Assembly: GCF_056746865.1 (NCBI RefSeq) | Contig: NZ_CM163382.1 | Direction: 5' to 3' (one strand) | DNA: 64,000 bases | Part shown: one piece after another, positions 17,046 to 28,187 of the stretch | Layout of the letters: the number at the start of each line of letters is the position of its first letter | Position numbering within the stretch: position 1 is the stretch's first letter | Translations under genes and position numbers: made by a program | The notes under the pieces: model-generated | Seen by the model: the letters and a program-made list of their open reading frames with translations, nothing else | Database searches by the model: none | What the model was told of the DNA's origin: nothing

Positions 17046-17879
17046 TTAACGCATATTCAGTTTATTGGCGTGATAGGCAATATGCTCGCCAATAAAACTG
17101 GAGACAAAATAATAGCTGTGATCATAACCCTCGTGATAACGGATTAACGTCTTGATATTCATCTCCTGGCAGATCTTTTCAAGATTTGGAGTCCGCAGCT
17201 GTTCTGCGTAAAAATCATCACTCAACCCCTGATCAACCATGATTTCCGCAACGCGTTGACCTTGTGAAATAAGGCTCACCGGGTCGTAATCCAACCAGGC
17301 TTCTTTATTTTCACCAAGATATGCGGTAAAGGCTTGCTGTCCCCACGGTACTTGCGATGGGGAGACAATGGGCGAAAACGCTGAGACGCTGACATATTCA
17401 TCTGGATTACGTAACGCCAGCACCAGTGCGCCCAGCCCGCCCATAGAATGACCTGAGATAGACTTTCTGGCCGTTGCCGGAAAATGTTGCATCACTAAAT
17501 CCGGCAGCTCGTTGCGGATATAGTCATACATTTTGTAATGTTCATTCCACGGCGCTTGCGTTGCGTTCAGGTAAAACCCGGCACCTTGCCCGAGATCGTA
17601 ACGGTCAGCATCTGCGACATGACTGCCTCGCGGACTGGTGTCCGGCGCAACAACAATAATGTTGTGCTCAGCCGCGTAACGTTGCATCCCCGATTTAGTA
17701 ATGAAATTCTGCTCGTTGCAAGTCAGCCCTGAAAGCCAGTACAACACCGGCAATTTTTCACTTGCGGCTTTTGGTGGGAGATAGACGCCGACATTCATTT
17801 CACATTTCAGTGATGGGGAATAATGCCGATACACATTTTGCCAGCCGCCAAAGCTGGCATGTTTTTCAATGAGTTCCAT
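17046..17879 (-). CDS. frmB: S-formylglutathione hydrolase
   Basis: 277 aa esterase with GHSMGG motif; downstream of frmA. Confidence 0.9.
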   Translation of the reverse strand: MELIEKHASFGGWQNVYRHYSPSLKCEMNVGVYLPPKAASEKLPVLYWLSGLTCNEQNFITKSGMQRYAAEHNIIVVAPDTSPRGSHVADADRYDLGQGAGFYLNATQAPWNEHYKMYDYIRNELPDLVMQHFPATARKSISGHSMGGLGALVLALRNPDEYVSVSAFSPIVSPSQVPWGQQAFTAYLGENKEAWLDYDPVSLISQGQRVAEIMVDQGLSDDFYAEQLRTPNLEKICQEMNIKTLIRYHEGYDHSYYFVSSFIGEHIAYHANKLNMR

Positions 17880-17970
17880 CAGTCATTATCTCACGGTTAA
17901 TCCCCCGGACGGCTGCCCGGGGAGAGTATTAAGAACCCCGTCTGAACTGGACGGGTAAACCTGCGGGAAA

Positions 17971-19110
<1,140 letters not shown>

Positions 19111-19114
19111 TCAG

Positions 19115-19390
19115 CTATTTAAGATAGGCACGAACCAGTTCAATAGTGTCGTCAACGGATTGGCTGACTTCGCGGCTGTAGCAGTCATTTCGGTCAAACG
19201 TTTCCCGGATATGGCTTTCAAGCACTTCTGCCATCAGCCCGTTAGCCGCGCCCCGAACGGCAGCGATCTGTTGGAGTATGGCACGGCATTCGGCATCACC
19301 CTCCAGCGACCGTTCCAGAGCATCAATCTGCCCCCGAATACGACGAACTCGAGTAAGGACCTTTTTCTTCTCTTCCGGAGTACTGGGCAT
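19115..19390 (-). CDS. frmR: formaldehyde-responsive repressor (CsoR/RcnR family)
   Basis: [29 protein letters not shown], 91 aa; first gene of frmRAB. Confidence 0.9.
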
Positions 19391-19416
19391 TTCGCACCTC
19401 ATCATCTGCACGCAAT

Positions 19417-19465
19417 ATACTATAGGGGGGTATGCTATATGTCAATGCATACCCCCCTATAGTAT
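19417..19465. promoter_or_regulatory. probable FrmR operator in the frmR promoter region
   Basis: atactatagggggg ... cccccctatagtat inverted repeat (TACT-G6 / C6-AGTA type, as for RcnR/FrmR family sites) immediately upstream of frmR. Confidence 0.65.
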
Positions 19466-19577
19466 ATAACACTGGAGAATAAAATTTATCCGGTGAATGT
19501 GGTCGGAAAACAAAGAGGAAAGGGGGTGGGGCTAATCGGCAGGGAAGGCCGCCCCGGATAGCGGGCGGCAGAAGCAA

Positions 19578-20351
19578 TCAGAATTTCCAGGTCAGATGGG
19601 CTGCAAGTTGCAGACCGTTATAATCATCGGTTGGGGTGTCGTACCACACTTTACCTGCCGTCAGCCCGAGATTAAGTTGCTCAGTCAGCGGTTGAATACG
19701 TTGCAAACTGACGCTCTTCATGCTGCCGTAGCGTGTTTCTGGCGTCCAGTCATAGGTGTAAGCACCTGTTCCGCGGCTTAGCCATAGTTGCGTATAACCA
19801 GTGCCGCGCGGGTCATTCAGACGCACGGAAATCATATTGCTGTAACTACCACCTGCATCGCTGGAGTCATAATGGGTATAGCGGTAGCTGGAGATCACCG
19901 GGCCAGTATAGAGTGATACGCCGCCTTGCCAGGCATCGACTTCGACATCATCGTAATATTTAGTGTAGCGATAACCGGTCGTGAAAAGCGTTTTTGGCAA
20001 CAGTGCCAGGTTAATATCCTGACGAAAATCCTGGCGGGCAAAGACCGGCGTATTATCCGCAAAGGCAATACCCATTCGGGTTGTCAGCCAGTTATTCCAT
20101 TTATACCAGACCGCACCCTGACCGCGAGTGGCATTGAAATGTTCAGTTTCATAATCACGACGCCCCTGGGAAAGATTAAAAAGCAGCGTTGCGTTTTCAA
20201 CTTTCGCCACCAGTTCAGCATACGCTAAATTACGGTTGCCATGATCGCCAGAATAATCGGTAAAATCGTAGCCCGCGGTAATGGAAGTTAACCCGGCATA
20301 AGCGGGCAATGTGCTAAAAATTGCTGCCGCTAATAACGTCCGTTTTATCAT
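19578..20351 (-). CDS. yaiO: outer membrane beta-barrel protein YaiO
   Basis: 257 aa; signal peptide MIKRTLLAAAIFSTLPAYA; aromatic-rich, ends TWKF. Confidence 0.85.
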   Translation of the reverse strand: MIKRTLLAAAIFSTLPAYAGLTSITAGYDFTDYSGDHGNRNLAYAELVAKVENATLLFNLSQGRRDYETEHFNATRGQGAVWYKWNNWLTTRMGIAFADNTPVFARQDFRQDINLALLPKTLFTTGYRYTKYYDDVEVDAWQGGVSLYTGPVISSYRYTHYDSSDAGGSYSNMISVRLNDPRGTGYTQLWLSRGTGAYTYDWTPETRYGSMKSVSLQRIQPLTEQLNLGLTAGKVWYDTPTDDYNGLQLAAHLTWKF

Positions 20352-20352
20352 T

Positions 20353-21045
20353 TTAATCTCCTGTACGGATAAGTTCTTGTCGGAGTGAATAAGTTCCGGG
20401 AGGTAAATTACGTTCTACAATCACGCGCGGGCCAAGTTGCGTGTTCGGGGAAATAATTCGCCCAGGCAAAATAATAACTTGTACGCCAAGGCGTGAACGC
20501 TGCCCGATATAACAACCTAATTTATCGCATCCGGTAGCGATAATTCCCTCTGGAGTTCGAACAGACACGGGCTGTTGATCCAGACGATGATTACTGGTAC
20601 GTACTTGTGCGCCCAAATATGCCTGGTTTGCAACTACCGAGTCGGCGATAAAGCATTGCGGACCAATCGTTGCTTCCGCTTCAATAACCGCATTTTTAAT
20701 TTCGGTGGCGAAACCAATTTTTACGCCATTGCTGATTATTGTGCCAGGACGAATAAACGCATAATTACCTATCAGGCAGTTTGCGCCAATCACTACCGGA
20801 CCCTGAATAACGGCACCGTGACAAATACGGGTATTCGCGCCGATAACAACTTCACCTGCAGTTTCATCAATAATTACCTGGTCTGCAATCTGAATATTTT
20901 TCTCTTTAACATTAAGCTTCAGAAAGTTTTTCAGTTCCTGTGACAGAAGGTTGGGAATAAGAGGTTGACGCTTCCACCAGTGCGGAATAGCGGGTGGGTT
21001 TGTCGCGCTGAGGTTCGCGTCCAGTAAAAAAGGCAATAAGTCCAT
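20353..21045 (-). CDS. yaiX: hexapeptide-repeat acyltransferase YaiX (intact here)
   Basis: left-handed beta-helix hexapeptide repeats (GANTRICHGAVIQGPVVIGANCLIG...); start uncertain (ATG 21063, ATG 21045 or TTG 21036); no IS interruption. Confidence 0.7.
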   Translation of the reverse strand: MDLLPFLLDANLSATNPPAIPHWWKRQPLIPNLLSQELKNFLKLNVKEKNIQIADQVIIDETAGEVVIGANTRICHGAVIQGPVVIGANCLIGNYAFIRPGTIISNGVKIGFATEIKNAVIEAEATIGPQCFIADSVVANQAYLGAQVRTSNHRLDQQPVSVRTPEGIIATGCDKLGCYIGQRSRLGVQVIILPGRIISPNTQLGPRVIVERNLPPGTYSLRQELIRTGD

Positions 21046-22108
21046 AAATAATCCAGATGGCATAAGCTAATAATACATACACAACGGAAAGCGGTGCTAA
21101 AGGCACCAACAACCAGCAACGATGAAACCAGGCGCTAAAAGCACCAATAACACAAACTACGCCGACCCAGATAAGCGGAAACATTGCCAACACCACACCA
21201 TACGGCCCGGTGGTGATGAATTCATTAAACCAGGTAGTGAGATAAATCCCAACGCCATAAAGCACAACCAACAGCATAGGAAATATACTGAAGATACCGA
21301 AGCGGCTAAATAAAAGCCTTTTATGCAGGCGCATACAGACCGCGTAGCCCACAATCCAACGCCGCCAGCGACGCCATTCCTCACGCGGGCTGTTGCATTC
21401 CTGTGGGTATACGATGCAGCGATTCGCCTGCCGAATACGATAGCCGTTTGCCACCAATGTCCAGGTGAGATCAAGGTCTTCGACTTTAGTACGATCAGAG
21501 AAACCGAACTTACGCAATACATCAGTACGGAACATCCCGCAGGCACCGCTGATAATAAACGGTGCGCCGCCCAGGAGCTGCTGTAGCGTGCGCTTCATAA
21601 CAATCATCGGCAACTTTACGGTCGCGCGGATGTGCGGTAACAGACCCGCGCCTTTCAACGCAGTAGAGGGAATGCCGCCTACGGCATCAGCACCGCGCTC
21701 TATTTCTGCAAGCATATAGCCCATTCCGTCTTGATCGGGCGGAACATAGGTGTCGGCATCACTTAAAAAAACCTGGTCGCAGGTGGCGTAATTGAGGCCA
21801 TTCATCAGCGCACCACCTTTACCGGTATTTTTTTGCGTGACGGCAACAAAGCGGTCGCCCCATTTGCGTTTGACTTCCGCCATGACCGCTTCGGTATTGT
21901 CCGTGGAGCCGTCGTTTACGCAAATTACCCGGCAAAAATAAGGATTACGCAGCAGATTATCCAGTGACTGTGCCAGACACGGGCCTTCGTTATAAGCAGG
22001 TATAATGGCGTCAATACAGCCTTTCTTTTGACTGGGTTTACGTTTTAGCGTACTTAAAAACCATAGCAACATTGCTATGGACATACAGATAAATATCCAG
22101 GTTTTCAT
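20912..22108 (-). CDS. yaiP: family-2 glycosyltransferase with membrane domain YaiP
   Basis: 398 aa; N-terminal TM, GT-A fold motifs (VNDGSTD, DAD), C-terminal TM segments. Confidence 0.8.
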   Translation of the reverse strand: MKTWIFICMSIAMLLWFLSTLKRKPSQKKGCIDAIIPAYNEGPCLAQSLDNLLRNPYFCRVICVNDGSTDNTEAVMAEVKRKWGDRFVAVTQKNTGKGGALMNGLNYATCDQVFLSDADTYVPPDQDGMGYMLAEIERGADAVGGIPSTALKGAGLLPHIRATVKLPMIVMKRTLQQLLGGAPFIISGACGMFRTDVLRKFGFSDRTKVEDLDLTWTLVANGYRIRQANRCIVYPQECNSPREEWRRWRRWIVGYAVCMRLHKRLLFSRFGIFSIFPMLLVVLYGVGIYLTTWFNEFITTGPYGVVLAMFPLIWVGVVCVIGAFSAWFHRCWLLVPLAPLSVVYVLLAYAIWIIYGLIAFFTGREPQRDKPTRYSALVEASTSYSQPSVTGTEKLSEA

Positions 22109-22117
22109 GCAATTTGC

Positions 22118-22789
22118 TCAAAGAATCATTTTATGAATTACAAAGCCTTCACCCAGATCGCTATTGACCTGTTGCCCGCGAAATTGTGCAACTGCACGCA
22201 GGCGATCATGACGCATATAATCGCGTCGTTCCTGGCTTTTATGTTTTTTTAATGCAGCAAGTTTGACTGTGAAATATTCTTCTTTAACGGATTCAAAAAC
22301 CTGAGGCATAAATGAAAGCCAGGTGCTTGGGGTTTCGTAGCCGAGAATTTGTGGAATAGTTCGGCAGGCAACCATTGAAGCTTGATAAACAGCAAGATGA
22401 TCCTGATGGCGGTCGGCATCATGCATGGTATATACCCGCATGATTTCAACATCAGAAGGAATTTGATTTTTAATGATGTCTTCCAGGGCGGAAATCATAT
22501 CATTGAGCTGCAAATGCGCGCGGGTGTCAGCAAAATTAAGATGAATAGTTTGGTGGCACCCTAATATCTTTAGGGCGTTGCGCGATTCTTCATGGCGATC
22601 GATTATTCCATCTGTGCCAGAGTTGCCGGTAGTCATCACCACGGCTGCGATATAAATTCCTTTTTGCGCAAGACGAGCAAGCGACGCGCCACAGCCCAAT
22701 TCTATATCGTCAGGATGTGCGTCAATAGCAAGGATACCCTTTCTTTTATTTGCCGAAGAAAGGATGGCTGAATCTAAAACCTTATCCAC
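22118..22789 (-). CDS. yaiS: LmbE/PIG-L family deacetylase YaiS
   Basis: AHPDDIELG motif typical of the PIG-L/LmbE N-deacetylase family; 223-aa ORF (start may be internal). Confidence 0.75.
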   Translation of the reverse strand: MDKVLDSAILSSANKRKGILAIDAHPDDIELGCGASLARLAQKGIYIAAVVMTTGNSGTDGIIDRHEESRNALKILGCHQTIHLNFADTRAHLQLNDMISALEDIIKNQIPSDVEIMRVYTMHDADRHQDHLAVYQASMVACRTIPQILGYETPSTWLSFMPQVFESVKEEYFTVKLAALKKHKSQERRDYMRHDRLRAVAQFRGQQVNSDLGEGFVIHKMIL

Positions 22790-23397
22790 TTAATGACACT
22801 CCATTTTATTTATTATACTACAAGCACAACGATGCCCGCAGAGACGTAATCTCTGGCACAGACAGATGCTAATTTTTAAGTGTTAAAAATTACTGATAGC
22901 TGAAAAATAAGGGGCTTTCAGGTACGGGGATACGACTGCGTAATCTTTTATGTAGTTCATATGTTAAGTGTTTGTGTGTTTGGTTTGTATAGTTATTTTG
23001 TTTTATATATTGTATTTAGATGTGATTTAGTTTGTCAATTAATTACATATTAAAAATATGTTCTAGGCACAAATATGGATTATATACATTATGTGAATGT
23101 ATTATGTGGTTGATTGAGAATGATACAGTTATATATGCAATGTGAATATAATGATTTCATTATATGTATTGCTGTTAATAAAATAAAAGACATTATGTTC
23201 TGCTTGTTTATGCATTAATAAAAATGAAGTGCAGTAACTTACTGAATTGTCAGCGTGGGTGTAATTGCATATTTAATCTTTCCTTTGCCGCTTTTTTGCT
23301 AAGAATAAAATCATCTGTGCGATAACGACTAATTCTTTTAATGAATGTTTTTATTCCTGAATACTGCTCCTATAACAAGACAGGGGAGCAGACAATC

Positions 23398-24360
23398 ATG
23401 GCAATTTCATCGCGTAACACACTTCTTGCCGCACTGGCATTCATCGCTTTTCAGGCACAGGCGGTGAACGTCACCGTGGCCTATCAAACCTCCGCTGAAC
23501 CGGCGAAAGTGGCTCAGGCTGATAACACCTTTGCTAAAGAGAGCGGGGCGACGGTGGACTGGCGTAAGTTTGACAGCGGAGCCAGCATCGTGCGGGCGCT
23601 GGCTTCAGGCGATGTCCAAATCGGTAACCTCGGTTCCAGCCCATTAGCGGTGGCAGCCAGCCAACAGGTGCCGATTGAAGTCTTCTTACTGGCGTCAAAA
23701 CTGGGTAACTCCGAAGCGCTGGTGGTAAAGAAAACTATCAGCAAACCGGAAGATCTGATTGGCAAACGCATCGCCGTACCGTTTATCTCCACCACCCATT
23801 ACAGCCTGCTGGCGGCGCTGAAACACTGGGGTATAAAACCCGGACAAGTGGAGATAGTGAACCTGCAGCCACCCGCGATTATCGCCGCATGGCAACGGGG
23901 AGACATTGATGGTGCTTATGTCTGGGCACCGGCGGTTAACGCCCTGGAAAAAGACGGCAAGGTGCTGACCGATTCTGAACAGGTCGGGCAGTGGGGCGCG
24001 CCGACGCTGGATGTTTGGGTAGTGCGCAAAGATTTTGCCGAGAAACATCCTGAGGTCGTGAAAGCGTTCGCTAAAAGCGCCATCGATGCTCAGCAACCGT
24101 ACATTGCTAACCCAGACGCGTGGCTGAAACAGCCGGAAAACATCAGCAAGCTGGCGCGTTTAAGCGGCGTGCCGGAAGGTGACGTGCCGGGGCTGGTGAA
24201 GGGGAATACCTATCTGACGCCGCAGCAACAAACGGCAGAACTGACCGGACCGGTGAACAAAGCAATTATCGACACCGCGCAGTTTTTGAAAGAGCAGGGC
24301 AAAGTCCCCGCCGTGGCGAATGATTACAGCCAGTACGTTACCTCGCGCTTCGTACAATAA
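23398..24360 (+). CDS. tauA: taurine ABC transporter periplasmic binding protein
   Basis: MAISSRNTLLAALAFIAFQAQA signal peptide, 320 aa. Confidence 0.9.
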   Translation: MAISSRNTLLAALAFIAFQAQAVNVTVAYQTSAEPAKVAQADNTFAKESGATVDWRKFDSGASIVRALASGDVQIGNLGSSPLAVAASQQVPIEVFLLASKLGNSEALVVKKTISKPEDLIGKRIAVPFISTTHYSLLAALKHWGIKPGQVEIVNLQPPAIIAAWQRGDIDGAYVWAPAVNALEKDGKVLTDSEQVGQWGAPTLDVWVVRKDFAEKHPEVVKAFAKSAIDAQQPYIANPDAWLKQPENISKLARLSGVPEGDVPGLVKGNTYLTPQQQTAELTGPVNKAIIDTAQFLKEQGKVPAVANDYSQYVTSRFVQ

Positions 24361-24372
24361 AAGGAGGCGCGG

Positions 24373-25140
24373 ATGCTGCAAATCTCTCATCTCTATGCCG
24401 ATTATGGCGGCAAACTGGCGTTGGAAGATATCAACCTGACGCTGGAAAGCGGCGAGCTGCTGGTGGTGCTGGGGCCGTCTGGCTGCGGCAAAACCACCTT
24501 GCTGAATCTGATTGCCGGTTTTGTGCCTTATCAGCATGGCAGCATTCAACTGGCGGGTAAGTGCATTGAGGGACCGGGAGCAGAGCGGGGCGTGGTTTTT
24601 CAGAATGAAGGGCTGTTGCCGTGGCGTAATGTGGTAGACAACGTGGCGTTCGGCCTGCAACTGGCAGGTGTAGAGAAAGCACTGCGCCTGGAAATCGCGC
24701 ACCAGATGCTGAAAAAAGTGGGGCTGGAAGGCGCAGAAAAACGCTATATCTGGCAGCTTTCCGGCGGTCAACGTCAGCGGGTAGGGATTGCCCGCGCGCT
24801 GGCGGCGAATCCCCAGCTGTTATTACTCGACGAACCGTTTGGCGCGCTGGACGCCTTCACCCGCGATCAGATGCAAACTCTGCTGCTGAAACTCTGGCAG
24901 GAGACAGGTAAGCAGGTGCTGTTGATTACCCACGATATAGAAGAAGCGGTGTTTATGGCAACCGAACTGGTTCTGCTTTCACCCGGCCCAGGCCGTGTGC
25001 TGGAGCGGCTGCCGCTCAACTTTGCTCGCCGCTTTGTTGCGGGAGAGTCGAGCCGCAGCATCAAGTCCGATCCACAATTCATCGCCATGCGCGAATATGT
25101 TTTAAGCCGCGTATTTGAGCAACGGGAGGCGTTCTCATGA
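24373..25140 (+). CDS. tauB: taurine ABC transporter ATPase
   Basis: Walker [10 protein letters not shown], signature LSGGQRQRV; 255 aa. Confidence 0.92.
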   Translation: MLQISHLYADYGGKLALEDINLTLESGELLVVLGPSGCGKTTLLNLIAGFVPYQHGSIQLAGKCIEGPGAERGVVFQNEGLLPWRNVVDNVAFGLQLAGVEKALRLEIAHQMLKKVGLEGAEKRYIWQLSGGQRQRVGIARALAANPQLLLLDEPFGALDAFTRDQMQTLLLKLWQETGKQVLLITHDIEEAVFMATELVLLSPGPGRVLERLPLNFARRFVAGESSRSIKSDPQFIAMREYVLSRVFEQREAFS

Positions 25141-25964
25141 GTGTGCTCATTAATGAAAAACTGCATTCGCGGCGGCTGAAATGGCGCTGGCCGCTCTCGC
25201 GTCAGGTGACCTTAAGCATTGGCACGTTAGCGGTTTTACTCACTGTATGGTGGACGGTGGCGGCGCTGCAACTGATTAGCCCGCTGTTTTTGCCGCCGCC
25301 GCAACAAGTACTGGCAAAACTGCTCACCATTGCCGGACCGCAGGGATTTATGGACGCCACCCTGTGGCAGCATCTGGCAGCCAGCCTGACGCGCATTGTG
25401 CTGGCGCTACTTGCGGCGGTGTTGATCGGCATTCCGGTTGGGATCGCCATGGGGCTAAGCCCGACGGTGCGCGGCATTCTGGATCCGATAATTGAATTGT
25501 ATCGCCCGGTGCCGCCGCTGGCGTATTTGCCGCTGATGGTGATCTGGTTTGGTATTGGTGAAACCTCGAAGATCTTACTGATCTATTTAGCGATTTTTGC
25601 ACCTGTGGCGATGTCGGCGCTGGCGGGGGTGAAAAGCGCGCAGCAGGTTCGCATTCGTGCCGCCCAGTCGCTGGGTGCCAGCCGTGCGCAGGTGCTGTGG
25701 TTTGTTATTTTGCCCGGTGCGCTGCCGGAAATTCTCACCGGATTACGCATTGGTCTGGGTGTGGGCTGGTCTACCCTGGTGGCGGCGGAGCTGATTGCCG
25801 CGACGCGCGGTTTGGGTTTTATGGTCCAGTCAGCGGGTGAATTTCTCGCGACTGACGTGGTGCTGGCGGGGATCGCGGTGATTGCGATTATCGCCTTTCT
25901 TTTAGAACTGGGTCTGCGCGCGTTACAGCGCCGCCTCACGCCCTGGCATGGAGAAGTACAATGA
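25137..25964 (+). CDS. tauC: taurine ABC transporter permease
   Basis: 275 aa multi-span permease; 4-bp overlaps with tauB and tauD. Confidence 0.9.
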   Translation: MSVLINEKLHSRRLKWRWPLSRQVTLSIGTLAVLLTVWWTVAALQLISPLFLPPPQQVLAKLLTIAGPQGFMDATLWQHLAASLTRIVLALLAAVLIGIPVGIAMGLSPTVRGILDPIIELYRPVPPLAYLPLMVIWFGIGETSKILLIYLAIFAPVAMSALAGVKSAQQVRIRAAQSLGASRAQVLWFVILPGALPEILTGLRIGLGVGWSTLVAAELIAATRGLGFMVQSAGEFLATDVVLAGIAVIAIIAFLLELGLRALQRRLTPWHGEVQ

Positions 25965-26582
25965 GTGAACGTCTGAGCATTACCCCGCTGGGGCCGTATA
26001 TTGGCGCACAAATTACGGGTGCCGACCTGACGCGCCCGTTAAGTGATAACCAGTTTGAACAGCTTTACCATGCGGTACTGCGTCATCAGGTGGTGTTTCT
26101 GCGTGAACAGGCCATTACGCCGCAGCAGCAACGCGCGCTGGCCCAGCGTTTTGGCGAGCTGCATATTCATCCTGTTTACCCTCATGCCGAAGGGGTTGAC
26201 GAGATTATCGTACTGGATACTCATAACGATAATCCGCCAGATAACGACAACTGGCATACCGATGTGACATTTATTGAAACGCCTCCTGCTGGGGCGATTC
26301 TGGCGGCGAAAGAGTTACCCTCGACTGGCGGCGATACGCTATGGACCAGCGGTATTGCGGCGTATGAGGCACTCTCTGTTCCCTTCCGCCAGCTGTTGAG
26401 CGGGCTGCGTGCGGAGCATGATTTCCGTAAATCGTTCCCAGAATACAAATACCGCAAAACGGAGGAGGAGCATCAACGCTGGCGCGAGGCGGTCGCGAAA
26501 AATCCGCCGTTACTACATCCGGTGGTGCGAACGCATCCGGTGAGCGGTAAACAGGCGCTGTTTGTGAATGAAGGCTTTACTA

Positions 26583-26587
26583 CGCGA
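26583..26587. repeat. IS2 target-site duplication, upstream copy
   Basis: cgcga immediately flanking the IS2 end. Confidence 0.8.
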
Positions 26588-26598
26588 TGGATTTGCCC

Positions 26599-27504
26599 CT
26601 ATATTTCCAGACACCTGTTATCACTTAACCCATTACTGGCCCGCTGCCGTAGATATTCCCGTGGCGAGCGATAACCCAGTGCACTATGCGGATGCCATTC
26701 GTTATAATGCTCGAACGCCTCTGCAAGGTTCTTTGCTGCCGTTAACCCGTCTGGTTTAGGCATGATACTGATGTAGTCACGCTTTATCGTTTTCACGAAG
26801 CTCTCTGCTATGCCGTTACTCTCCGGACTCCGCACCGCCGTGTTCTTCGGTTCAAGCCCCAACATCCGGGCAAACTGCCGTGTTTCATTAGCCCGGTAGC
26901 ATGAACCATTATCCGTCAGCCACTCTACTGGAGACGCCGGAAGCTCGTTGCCGAAGCGGCGTTCCACCGCTCCCAGCATTACGTCCTGTACTGTTTCACT
27001 GTCGAAGCCGCCCGTAGTGACTGCCCAGTGCAGTGCCTCACGGTCACAGCAGTCCAGCGCGAACGTGACTCGCAGTTTTTCTCCGTTATCACAGCGGAAC
27101 TCGAACCCGTCAGAGCACCATCGTTGATTGCTTTCTTTCACGGCCACTTTGCCAGTATGTGCCCGTTTCGATGGCGGTACAGCGGTTTTTCGCTCAAGCA
27201 ACAGCGCATTCTGGCGCATGATCCGGTAAACACGTTTGGCATTGATCGCAGGCATACCATCAAGTTCGGCCTGTCTGCGAAGCAGCGCCCATACCCGACG
27301 ATAACCATACGTGGGCAGCTCTCCGATAACATGGTGTATACGGAGAAGCACATCCGTATCATCTGAGTGACGGCTGCGGCGACCATCTTTCCAGTCATCG
27401 GTTCGTCTGAGAATGACGTGCAACTGCGCACGCGACACCCGGAGACAACGGCTGACTAAGCTTACTCCCCATCCCCGGGCAATAAGGGCGCGTGCGCTAT
27501 CCAC
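26599..27504 (-). CDS. insD: IS2 transposase OrfB (InsD), DDE integrase-like
   Basis: 301 aa, GTG start, [30 protein letters not shown]... Confidence 0.9.
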
Positions 27505-27827
27505 TTTTTTGCACGCCCGTATTCAACGGCTTCTTTAAGGAGTTCATTTTCCATCGTTTTTTTGCCGAGCAGGCGCTGGAGTTCTTTAATCTGCTTCATG
27601 GCAGCAGCAAGTTCAGAGGCAGGAACGACCTGCTCTCCTGCGGCCACAGCAGTAAGACTTCCCTCCTGGTATTGCTTGCGCCAGAGAAATAACTGGCTGG
27701 CTGCCACACCGTGTTGCCGGGCAACAAGGGAGACCGTCATTCCCGGTTCAAAACTCTGCTGAACAATAGCGATCTTTTCCTGTGTAGTACGCCGTCTGCG
27801 TTTCTCCGGTCCTAAGACATCAATCAT
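27462..27827 (-). CDS. insC: IS2 transposase OrfA (InsC), HTH protein
   Basis: [56 protein letters not shown], 121 aa. Confidence 0.9.
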
Positions 27828-27918
27828 CTGCTCTCCAATGACTAGTCTAAAAACTAGTATTAAGACTATCACTTATTTAAGTGATATTGGTTGTCTGGAG
27901 ATTCAGGGGGCCAGTCTA

Positions 27919-27923
27919 CGCGA
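27919..27923. repeat. IS2 target-site duplication, downstream copy
   Basis: cgcga directly after the IS2 left end. Confidence 0.8.
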
Positions 27924-28187
27924 ATTGTTGATGTCAGCGAGAAAGAGAGCGAAGCCTTGTTAAGTTTTTTGTTTGCCCATATCACCAAACCGGAGTTTCA
28001 GGTGCGCTGGCGCTGGCAACCAAATGATATTGCGATTTGGGATAACCGCGTGACTCAGCACTATGCCAATGCGGATTACCTGCCACAGCGGCGGATAATG
28101 CATCGGGCGACAATCCTTGGGGATAAACCGTTTTATCGGGCGGGGTAAGGGGGAAATGCCGGGTTGGATAACCCGGCATAATGATCA

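Larger units (their letters stand above)
26588..27918 (-). mobile_element. IS2 insertion sequence (IS3 family), complete, 1331 bp
   Basis: terminal inverted repeats tggatttgcccctatatttccagaca... and ...tgtctggagattcagggggccagtcta; encodes InsC and InsD; A6G frameshift motif at the orfA/orfB overlap (27504..27510). Confidence 0.93.
25961..28148 (+). pseudogene. tauD: taurine dioxygenase TauD, disrupted by IS2
   Basis: N-terminal 209 codons ([17 protein letters not shown]...NEGFTTR) run into IS2 at 26588; the frame resumes after the element ([15 protein letters not shown]...GDKPFYRAG) at 27924..28148; parts sum to 283 aa. Confidence 0.9.

Noticed and set aside
26599-27872. IS3 rather than IS2 identity for the insertion in tauD
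   Set aside because: The OrfA sequence ([24 protein letters not shown]...), the 1331-bp length and the terminal repeats match IS2 rather than IS3, whose OrfA begins MTKTVSTSKKPRKQHS.
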